A stretch of DNA of 64,000 nucleotides, from NCBI GenBank assembly GCA_965208105.1, contig OZ242318.1, positions 4,672,001-4,736,000 of the forward strand. The letters are read 5' to 3'. The notes under the pieces are model-generated. The model searched no databases, had not been told where the DNA came from, and saw only the letters and a program-made list of their open reading frames with translations. Position 1 is the stretch's first letter; the number at the start of each line of letters is the position of its first letter. The DNA is from Candidatus Latescibacterota bacterium (GTDB lineage Bacteria > Latescibacterota > UBA2968 > UBA8231). The position numbers and the translations under genes were made by a program. Shown here in pieces: positions 41,007 through 48,839 of the stretch.

Positions 41007-41917
41007 TGGCCGACCTGTCGGTTAATTTCGCGGGGATTCGCTTGAGGAATCCGGTCCTTCTGGCATCGGGGACCTGCGGCTACGGCCAGGAGCTCGCCTC
41101 CCTGACCGACTTGTCGCGCATCGGGGGCCTGGTGAGCAAGACCATCACCCCCGAACCGCGCGCCGGCAACAAACCCCAGCGCATAGTCGAAACCGCCGCG
41201 GGCATGCTGAACTCGATCGGGTTGCAGAACCCCGGCCTGGATGGCTTCATCGAGCACAAGTGGCCCTTTTTGGCCAAACTCGACACCGCGGTGGTGGTCA
41301 ACATCGCCGCGCCCACCGCGGCGGAGCACGGGGAGATGGCCGCCCGCCTGCAGGAGCTGGAGGGTGTCGCCGGGTTGGAGGTGAACATCTCCTCCCCCAA
41401 CATGAAGGACGGGGGCATGCTCTTCGGCTGCAGCCCGGGGGCCGCGGCGGAGGTCATCGCGGCCGTGCGCCGGGCGACGAGGTTGCCGGTGATCGCCAAG
41501 CTGACCCCCAATGTCACCGATATCGCCGAGATCGCGCGCGCGGTGGAGGACGGCGGCGCCGACGCCATCTCCCTGATCAATACTCTGGTGGGCATGGCGG
41601 TGGACGTGCCGGCCCGTCGCCCCGTGCTGGACAACGTAACCGGGGGCCTGTCGGGTCCGGCGATCAAACCCGTTGCCCTGGCCATGCTCTGGAAAGTGCG
41701 GCAGGCGGTGAAACTTCCCCTCATGGGCGTGGGCGGCATCATGGATGCGGACGACGCCCTGGAGTTCATCATCGCCGGAGCCTCGACGGTGCAGGTGGGC
41801 ACCGGCCTCTTCGTCAATCCCAATGCCGGCGTGGAGATCGTGGAGGGGCTGGAGGCGTACTGCTCCGCGCAGGGAATCGAGAGCCTGGACTCCCTGGTTG
41901 GAAGCCTGGCGACCTAG
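41006..41917 (+). CDS. pyrD: Dihydroorotate dehydrogenase class 1B catalytic subunit
   Basis: NPVLLASGT, GMLNSIGLQNPG, NISSPN, KLTPN, GGLSGPAIKP. Confidence 0.92.
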   Translation: MADLSVNFAGIRLRNPVLLASGTCGYGQELASLTDLSRIGGLVSKTITPEPRAGNKPQRIVETAAGMLNSIGLQNPGLDGFIEHKWPFLAKLDTAVVVNIAAPTAAEHGEMAARLQELEGVAGLEVNISSPNMKDGGMLFGCSPGAAAEVIAAVRRATRLPVIAKLTPNVTDIAEIARAVEDGGADAISLINTLVGMAVDVPARRPVLDNVTGGLSGPAIKPVALAMLWKVRQAVKLPLMGVGGIMDADDALEFIIAGASTVQVGTGLFVNPNAGVEIVEGLEAYCSAQGIESLDSLVGSLAT

Positions 41918-41982
41918 GGCTCGAGGCCGCAGGTCAGGGCGTCGGCAGTGGTCCGCTGCGCCCAACTTTCTTATGTTAAAAT

Positions 41983-42486
41983 ATGTACCCGCTACGCAGA
42001 TGGATCCGCGCCGCGCTGTGTCTCCTCCTCGTGGCGGGGTGCACCCCTCACCCAATCTACCGGGATGAGCAGGGCCAGGGGCCGCGCAAATCGTCATCCT
42101 CGCCGGCCAGGTCCTCCAGGAACTCAGCCAAACCCCCTCGGCCTGCGGCGCATCCCGTCGACTTCGACAAGGTTTCCACCAAAAACGCCTACCAGATCGG
42201 ACTGGCCTCCTACTACGGCAAGAAGTTCCACGGCCGCAAGACGGCCAATGGCGAGACCTTCAACATGTACAAGCTGAGCGCCGCGCACCGGGTGCTGCCC
42301 CTGGGTACCATGATCAAGGTGACCAACCTGGAAAACGGACGCTGGGTGGAGGTCAAGGTGAACGACCGGGGCCCCTTCGTCGAAGGCAGGATTCTGGACC
42401 TTTCCTTCGCCGCCGGGCTGGAGCTGGAGATGGTGAAGAGTGGCACGGCCAAGGTGATGATCGAGATCACCCGGGCGGTGGACTAG
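41983..42486 (+). CDS. rlpA: Septal ring lytic transglycosylase RlpA family lipoprotein
   Basis: Lipobox VAGC; GLASYYG..FHGRKTANGE, AAHRVLP, VNDRGPF. Confidence 0.9.
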   Translation: MYPLRRWIRAALCLLLVAGCTPHPIYRDEQGQGPRKSSSSPARSSRNSAKPPRPAAHPVDFDKVSTKNAYQIGLASYYGKKFHGRKTANGETFNMYKLSAAHRVLPLGTMIKVTNLENGRWVEVKVNDRGPFVEGRILDLSFAAGLELEMVKSGTAKVMIEITRAVD

Positions 42487-42645
42487 GTGCGGTGGGGCGG
42501 GACATCCCCGGGGTCCGGGAGGTGTTACCCGGAGAGGCCGGGTGTGTGTCGTGCCTTACACATGGGTGGGGAAGGCAGGGGGGCGTAGAACGACTCTCAG
42601 AGGGATGCGGGTATGGAAAGACGGCATTCACCCTGCCCAATCGAT

Positions 42646-43053
42646 GGTCAAGTCCTGAGATTTCTGCAAAAGTGATGGCAGCACGAAGCCCCCTTCCTAC
42701 CCGGCCACCGCCCTCCTTTGGGTAGCCGGTTCGATCTTCAACTCCTGGTATAAGAGATCCAGCTGGGCCCTCTCCGTCGCCGTGATCCCGATGCGCTGCC
42801 AGGTACCGGCCGCCCGGATCAGGGTAGCGTGGACGAGCTTGAGACAGCTCTTCTCGTTGAAGAAGCGGGGTATGGTTTTGGTAACCCGTCGCTCTTCCAC
42901 GAAACTGCGTTCAATCAGGTTGGTGGTACGTACGTATTTTCGATGGCGCCAGGGCACGCGCAGGTGGTTGAGAAGGGCCTCCAGATCCTCGCTGAGCACG
43001 GCGCACAGGCTTGGACAATCCTCAGGCAGCTTCGTTGCCCGGGTCCGAACCAA
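42646..43053 (-). mobile_element. IS256-family remnant: transposase C-terminal fragment plus one terminal inverted repeat
   Basis: RTTNLIER..EERR.TK.I..F.NEKSCLKL motif; GGTCAAGTCCTGAGATTTCTGCAAAAGT (42646-42673) resembles IS256 ends; no N-terminal part present. Confidence 0.8.
42697..43053 (-). pseudogene. Truncated IS256 (mutator-type) transposase
   Basis: Only about 110 C-terminal codons of a roughly 400-aa transposase. Confidence 0.8.
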
Positions 43054-43236
43054 GCAGGATCCAGATCACCTTGTTCACTCTAATAATCTCAGAGGCCGGT
43101 GGTTAGCACCCTCGAATGCAGCCCGAATGGATTCATCTCCAACTCTCCGGAGAATTGGGCGAAGCAAGATAAAAGGAAGAAAAGATGATATGAGGTAATG
43201 AGAGGGTGGATGGCCTTCGGTCCCATTGCCTGCTGA

Positions 43237-43252
43237 GGGCACAATTCTTGCT
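43237..43252 (+). promoter_or_regulatory. Sigma54 (-24/-12) promoter upstream of the precursor gene
   Basis: GGGCACAATTCTTGCT versus consensus TGGCACGNNNNTTGCW; exact GG-N10-GC spacing. Confidence 0.65.
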
Positions 43253-43292
43253 GAAAAAGGGAAGCACCTCGTTTCCCCGCTCGGCGGGATCT

Positions 43293-43791
43293 ATCCCCAA
43301 GTGCCTCGGAGGCCTTTCCACTCAACCAAGGAGAGAAAAATGATCCAACTACAGAAGCGAACCCTGCAACCCTACGGACATAAGCTCGGTGTCACGGCAT
43401 ACGGCTTCGAGTTCGATGTGGATGGCTTCGTGGGTGACGCCAAGAAACTGGTAAAGGACCTTGCGAAAGGTAAAATTGAGGTCGGGAACATCAGGACAGG
43501 AGAGTCAAGAACTACATTCACAATCAACGCGGGGATCGGGCGCAGGAGCAGCAGCGATCCGGTGCATGACTATGGCGACAGCAACTGGGTCGAGTACAGC
43601 ATTGGCCCAATGAGCATCACCCATGTCAGCGCCCCCAACAGCGGCGGCAGTGGTAGCAGTGGTAGCAGTTCGCCATCGGGAGGTTATGGTTTCTCACCGA
43701 GCGACTACTACGATCGTTAATGTTTTCCAGGTTCTTCCCGGAATTGTTGCCAGATTGAAATGAACGGAAGGTCTCCGAGGCCACCGGGGAT
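43293..43791 (+). repeat. Imperfect inverted repeat pair (43293-43319 / 43766-43791) enclosing the precursor ORF
   Basis: GCCTCGGAGGCCTT pairs with AAGGTCTCCGAGGC (one G-U); ATCCCC pairs with GGGGAT. Confidence 0.7.
43340..43720 (+). CDS. Putative RiPP/bacteriocin precursor, 126 aa, CLI_3235/PapA-like leader
   Basis: AAGGAG RBS; MIQLQKR...VTAY|G leader pattern; Ser/Gly-rich tail; first gene of the cluster. Confidence 0.7.
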   Translation: MIQLQKRTLQPYGHKLGVTAYGFEFDVDGFVGDAKKLVKDLAKGKIEVGNIRTGESRTTFTINAGIGRRSSSDPVHDYGDSNWVEYSIGPMSITHVSAPNSGGSGSSGSSSPSGGYGFSPSDYYDR

Positions 43792-43834
43792 TCGGTTAAC
43801 ACTCTGCCCATAACCGTCCGGGATCGAGGCAAAT

Positions 43835-44557
43835 ATGCGTAACTCAACCGCCACACCCTGGCCCGCGAGCACGGATATAGGGTTCGTAAGAGGCCTGATC
43901 ATCGCGGCCTTCTTTCTGGTAAGCCTTCCCCTCCTCGAGGTGATCGTTGTCAACTTGGCTGGCACAGGATATATCATCGATACCCTGGAAGGAGCGGCGA
44001 TTATCTTGCCGGTCCATATTTTCAGCCTTTTTATGGTGGGATTCGTCGTGCAGAGGTGGGGAGGTATTCACTTCAAATCCCTGTTCCGCCGCCTTCCTAA
44101 CTTGAGGGAAGGCATAAAATGGGGTTCGGTCGGCGCGCTACTCGGATCAACGATGTTTTTTAAGGCGCTGAATTCCGGGTACCGGTTCGACAATCCGGAG
44201 GCCAACATCATGGTTTTGGTTCTGCTTGTAAAAGTCTCCCTGATCACCCCACTTGTCGAGGAAATCAAATATCGCGCGGTTTTCTACGCCGCCTTGCGCA
44301 AGAAGGGCAGGATCATCGCCTATGCGGTTTCGTCGCTGGTGTTTACCCTCGCCCACGCCCCGTCCTACGGCGATCTGTTCTTGCACGGATCCATGGGTCT
44401 TTCCGGTGGACAGATCGCTGGGCTCCTGCTCGCAGGCCTGGTCTTCGCTCATATCTATGAAACCACCGGCAAGCTGCTGGTCTGTGTCCTGTGCCACGCC
44501 ATGATCAACGGCATGGAGGTAATCGGCTACCTGGCAGGCTATTTGTTCGATGTGTGA
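43835..44557 (+). CDS. CPBP/CAAX (Abi) intramembrane metalloprotease, possible immunity protein
   Basis: PLVEEIKYR (EExxxR), FTLAH, HAMIN motifs; multiple TMs. Confidence 0.88.
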   Translation: MRNSTATPWPASTDIGFVRGLIIAAFFLVSLPLLEVIVVNLAGTGYIIDTLEGAAIILPVHIFSLFMVGFVVQRWGGIHFKSLFRRLPNLREGIKWGSVGALLGSTMFFKALNSGYRFDNPEANIMVLVLLVKVSLITPLVEEIKYRAVFYAALRKKGRIIAYAVSSLVFTLAHAPSYGDLFLHGSMGLSGGQIAGLLLAGLVFAHIYETTGKLLVCVLCHAMINGMEVIGYLAGYLFDV

Positions 44558-44786
44558 AGCTTCCTTATTGTGGGATCCCACAATCTTCGGCGGTATCCTG
44601 TCTCCTCCCTCCAAATTGGGCATCCTCGCCTGACCTCGATTCCGGATCGCTGAGTCAAACCGAGACCCCAGGTCTTACCTAGCGGGATTACCCGACGGGG
44701 ACCAGACCGCGTGAAGTGTCGGGTATAGAATTTGCCGCTTTCTGCTCAACTCCAATCGAATCTACCGGGTGCCCTGGTACGTGTCT

Positions 44787-46502
44787 ATGAACCAAATCCT
44801 GCAGATTGTTCGACTCCTGCGGCCCTACTGGCGCTTCATTGCACAATCTCTGCTGGTAGGAGTCATGCTGACCTTCCTGAGTTTACCGGGGCCATTTATC
44901 ACCAAGCTCCTGATTGACGAAGTTTTCCCTCACAGAGATTACTCCTTGCTCTATTTCGTCCTGATCATGGGTGCGGTTTTCGCGGCGTTCACGGGGTTGA
45001 CCAGCTTCATGAGCGGCTATTTCAGTCAATGCGTAAGTACGAAAATGAGCTTTGATTTCGAGACGGATTTCTACAGCCATATCCAGTCCCTGGATTTCAG
45101 TTTTTTCGACCAGAGGGAGACAGGGGAAATCATGGCCAGGTTCGGAGACATGCAAAGTTCCATATTCAGCATGATTAGGATTGTAAATACCCTGGTAATG
45201 AATTGTCTGCAGTTGATGATATTTCCTCTCATTCTCTTCTACATCAACTGGAAGTTGGCTTTGATAAGTCTGGCAGTACTGCCCTTCGATACCCTCCTGG
45301 TGGCAATCACCAAGAAACATATCCGCAATCTGTCGAAGCGGATTGCCGAGCGTTCTGCCGAGATGTCGGCAAAAACATTCGAATCGCTGTCGGGGATTCG
45401 AACTGTCCAGGCGCTAGGTGTGGAGAGGATCTTTTTCAACAAGATTTTTGAAATCTTCAAGGAAGTGTCGAATCTCCGGCTCAAATTGTCCCTTGTGCAA
45501 AACGGTTCGGGATTTGCCGCGAATCTATTCAAAGCGGCGGGGAGTATGGCCTATGGCTGGTATGGATGGACCCAGATTTTACAGGGAAATTTGTCGCTGG
45601 GAAGCTTCATGGCGTTTTCCGGGTATGTCGGATTTCTCTACGGGCCCATAGAAAACCTGATTGGAATTCTCCCCCTTCTCGAGACAACGAAGGTTCACCT
45701 CAATCGTTTTTTTGAGATCTATAATTTGCGTCCGGCGATTCAGAATCGTCTGAATATGCCCGTTCTGCAACGCGTGCAAGGGGAAATCGAGTTCAGCGAA
45801 GTAAGTTTCTCCTACGATGAGCGCCAAAGGATTCTCCATCGGGTCAACCTGGAAATCCCCCCACGTACCATGATCGCCCTCGTAGGCAGGAGCGGATCCG
45901 GGAAATCCACTCTGGCCAAGCTGATTCCAAGGTTCTACGACCCCGATGAAGGGCAGGTTCGCATAGATGGAAAGGATATCCAGAAATTCCAGCTCAACTC
46001 GCTGCGCCGGCAGGTTGGGTTTTCCATGCAGGGAACCCCCCTTTTCCAGGGGAGTATTCTGGATAACCTGACCTTCGGAAGGAACATTCCAGTGCAGGAC
46101 GTGGAAGATGCGGCTCGATCAGCCTATATCCACGATTTCGTGAATTCCTTGGCGGATGGCTACGATACCCTGGTGGGCGAGCAGGGGGCCAAGTTGTCGG
46201 AAGGACAGAAACAGCGCATCGCTCTTGCCCGTGTTTGGTTGCTTGATGTCCCAATTCTGATACTGGACGAACCCACCGCGGCTCTGGACCTGGAATCAGA
46301 ATTTTTCATACAGGAAGCCCTCAAAAGGGTACGGAAAAATCGAACAGTCGTCATAATCGCACACCGGCTCTCGACCATCCAAAGCGCAGACGAGATAGTT
46401 GTACTGGATGATGGCAGGATATCCGAGAGGGGAACCCACGGGGAGTTGTTGCAAAACGGCGAAGGGTACTCTCAGCTCTTCAGCCGAATGGCAAGTATTT
46501 GA
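44787..46502 (+). CDS. ABC exporter (TMD plus NBD), no C39 peptidase domain
   Basis: 6-TM domain; GRSGSGKST, LSEGQKQR, ILILDEPT, IAHRLST. Confidence 0.92.
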   Translation: MNQILQIVRLLRPYWRFIAQSLLVGVMLTFLSLPGPFITKLLIDEVFPHRDYSLLYFVLIMGAVFAAFTGLTSFMSGYFSQCVSTKMSFDFETDFYSHIQSLDFSFFDQRETGEIMARFGDMQSSIFSMIRIVNTLVMNCLQLMIFPLILFYINWKLALISLAVLPFDTLLVAITKKHIRNLSKRIAERSAEMSAKTFESLSGIRTVQALGVERIFFNKIFEIFKEVSNLRLKLSLVQNGSGFAANLFKAAGSMAYGWYGWTQILQGNLSLGSFMAFSGYVGFLYGPIENLIGILPLLETTKVHLNRFFEIYNLRPAIQNRLNMPVLQRVQGEIEFSEVSFSYDERQRILHRVNLEIPPRTMIALVGRSGSGKSTLAKLIPRFYDPDEGQVRIDGKDIQKFQLNSLRRQVGFSMQGTPLFQGSILDNLTFGRNIPVQDVEDAARSAYIHDFVNSLADGYDTLVGEQGAKLSEGQKQRIALARVWLLDVPILILDEPTAALDLESEFFIQEALKRVRKNRTVVIIAHRLSTIQSADEIVVLDDGRISERGTHGELLQNGEGYSQLFSRMASI

Positions 46503-46538
46503 ACTGAAGGGAGGAAAGAAAAAATCGAAAGAATCAGT

Positions 46539-48536
46539 TTGAGTCGTCTGACTGGCCGCGATGTCAAGGTCGCGATTGTGGACAGCGGCATTGATGCTTC
46601 GCACCCGAAAGTCGGTTTGGTAGCTGGAGGACTGGCGCTGTGGTCCGCCCCGAATGGGGGAACTGCCTCGGGAGGGGATTGGTCGGACTGCACCGGCCAT
46701 GGAACAGCCTGCGCCGGTATTGTCCGCAAGAAAGCTCCGGAATCCGAAATGTACAGCGTCCGCATTTTCGACGAAACCTTGTCGACCGATGGCACATCAC
46801 TAGTGGCTGCTCTGGAATGGACGATTTCAAAAGAAATGGACGTGGTGAATTTGAGCCTGGGAAGCACCGGCCTGAGCCAAAGGGAAGACCTGAGGGCAGT
46901 CTGTCGTCAGGCGGCAAAGGCCGGAATTGTCCTTGTTGCAGCCGAGCACAATGCGGGCAGAGAAAGCTATCCGGCCGTGTTTCCGGAAGTAATAGGAGTC
47001 AGTGGAGGATGGGTTCAGGGGGCCTACGGCTACTACTACCGTTCGGAAGAGGCCATCGAATGCGTGGCCAGGGGCAACCACCAGCGCGTATGCTGGTTGA
47101 ACCGAGGTGAAATCATGATCGAGGGGACGAGCTTCGCCGCAGCCCATATTTCGGGGATTGTATGCTTGATTCGCGAAGCATTACCCGGGGCTACGGTGGA
47201 GAAAGTGCGCGAGGTTCTGCAGGCAAACGCTCTGCCTGAAATTTCCAACCATAGCGCCGGTGTGGGACAATCTTCGCCACCGCCTGCTCAGCGGAAGCTC
47301 GTTCAGGCTTCCCGGTCAGAGGCCAAATCTGCCATCAGGTGGATCCGGAAGGCGGCAATCTATCCATTCAACAAGGAGATGCATGCCCTGGTTCGATATC
47401 GAGACTTGCTCAGCTTTGAACTGGTTGGCGTCGCCGATCCGGTAGGAAAGGGGCTGGTAGGCAAGGACGCCGGGGAAGCCATGGGGATTTCTTCTGCGGG
47501 CATCAGAATTCAGCCGAGGCTCTCCTCTGCCCTTCGGGGGGCCGACACCCTTATTCTCGGCTACGTCGACCAACTCAGCCGCATCGGCAAAAAGGACATG
47601 TTGCGCGAGGCGGTCCGCCTCGCTTTGGATCAAGGCTGCCACGTCTTCAGTTTCGTCTCCCTTCCTCGAGACGTCTACGCGGACCTCCATGATCTCGCGG
47701 CGGGAAAAGGATTGCGCCTCACCTATCCATCCGTCGATTACGAGGAGGTCCGGGATGCCCTGGTCTCCGGTCAGAAATCCAGCCCCGTCGACGTTCCGGT
47801 GGTAGGGGTGTTCGGAACCAGCTCTCAACAGGGAAAATTCACCCTGCAACTGGCCCTGCGCCGCCGCCTCCTGCGCCTGGGATACAAGGTCGGTCAGATT
47901 GGCACCGAACATCACTCAGCACTTTTCGGCATGGATTTCGCATTTCCCATGGGGTATGCTTCACCTCTGGATTTGCCAATCCAGTGGCATGTACCCTATC
48001 TGGACTACAAAATGCGGCAGATATGTGGGCAACGAAGGCCCGACCTCATTCTGGTCGGTTCGCAGTCCGGTACCATCCCCTATGACGTGCATGAGCACGG
48101 GGCTCATTCCATGGCCTCGGTCTCGTTCCTTCTGGGCACCAAGCCCGATGCATGTATATTGGTGGTCAACAGCATCGATGCGGACCGCTACGTTGAGGAC
48201 AGCATGGATGCCATCCGCGCCCTGGCCAAGGCCCCCACTTTGCTTCTGGCCATGAGCGACAAGAAAAAGCATATCATGGCGGCGTACGGACGTAGTTGGG
48301 TTGCGCCGCGCCAGATGAGGGGGGCGGAAATCGCGGCAAAGCTGGGCTACCTGGAAGACAGGTTCGGCTTGCCAGCCATTGAAATCTCCTCCGTTCAGGG
48401 CCAGCGAATAGTTGCTGCGGAGGTCCTTCGGTATTTTGCTTCCTCGAAAAAGGCGGGTTGTAAGCGGGGCCTCACCCGGATTCACCGGCCTCGTTGGAAA
48501 AGAGATGAAACAACCCTAAAGTCAAGGTTTCCTTAA
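46539..48536 (+). CDS. Cytoplasmic S8 subtilase fused to a DUF1611/TIGR04066-like P-loop domain
   Basis: Triad VAIVDSG / GHGTACAG / GTSFAA, no signal peptide; C-terminal VPVVGVFGTSSQQGKFTLQL..GYKVGQIGTE..ILVGSQSG. Confidence 0.8.
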   Translation: MSRLTGRDVKVAIVDSGIDASHPKVGLVAGGLALWSAPNGGTASGGDWSDCTGHGTACAGIVRKKAPESEMYSVRIFDETLSTDGTSLVAALEWTISKEMDVVNLSLGSTGLSQREDLRAVCRQAAKAGIVLVAAEHNAGRESYPAVFPEVIGVSGGWVQGAYGYYYRSEEAIECVARGNHQRVCWLNRGEIMIEGTSFAAAHISGIVCLIREALPGATVEKVREVLQANALPEISNHSAGVGQSSPPPAQRKLVQASRSEAKSAIRWIRKAAIYPFNKEMHALVRYRDLLSFELVGVADPVGKGLVGKDAGEAMGISSAGIRIQPRLSSALRGADTLILGYVDQLSRIGKKDMLREAVRLALDQGCHVFSFVSLPRDVYADLHDLAAGKGLRLTYPSVDYEEVRDALVSGQKSSPVDVPVVGVFGTSSQQGKFTLQLALRRRLLRLGYKVGQIGTEHHSALFGMDFAFPMGYASPLDLPIQWHVPYLDYKMRQICGQRRPDLILVGSQSGTIPYDVHEHGAHSMASVSFLLGTKPDACILVVNSIDADRYVEDSMDAIRALAKAPTLLLAMSDKKKHIMAAYGRSWVAPRQMRGAEIAAKLGYLEDRFGLPAIEISSVQGQRIVAAEVLRYFASSKKAGCKRGLTRIHRPRWKRDETTLKSRFP

Positions 48537-48548
48537 AGGGAGGGGTAA

Positions 48549-48836
48549 ATGGGAAAAGAAGGCACAGAGTATCGCATCAAGCGCACCATCGTCCGTACCC
48601 TGAATCTCGACATCGAGCCCGATGAAATCGGTGACGATGATTTGTTGTTCGGCGGCGACCTCGGTCTGCACTCCATGGCGGCGATGGAAATCATTGTCGG
48701 ACTGGAGGAGGAATTCAGCTTTGAGGTTTCGGACGATGATCTGAGAGTCGAGTTACTGAACAGTGTTCGCTCGATGAGCGAATACATTGAATCAACCCTT
48801 TCAGATTCCTCCGCCATGCGGGTGAAGGACCCTTGA
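48549..48836 (+). CDS. Stand-alone acyl carrier protein
   Basis: GGGAGG RBS; acidic 95 aa; LFGGDLGLHS (Ppant Ser), LEEEF. Confidence 0.85.
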   Translation: MGKEGTEYRIKRTIVRTLNLDIEPDEIGDDDLLFGGDLGLHSMAAMEIIVGLEEEFSFEVSDDDLRVELLNSVRSMSEYIESTLSDSSAMRVKDP

Positions 48837-48839
48837 GCC

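Noticed and set aside
43640-43670. CAGTGGTAG tandem repeat in the precursor as a phase-variable site
   Set aside because: Only about two in-frame 9-bp copies encoding the Ser/Gly linker; would not shift the frame
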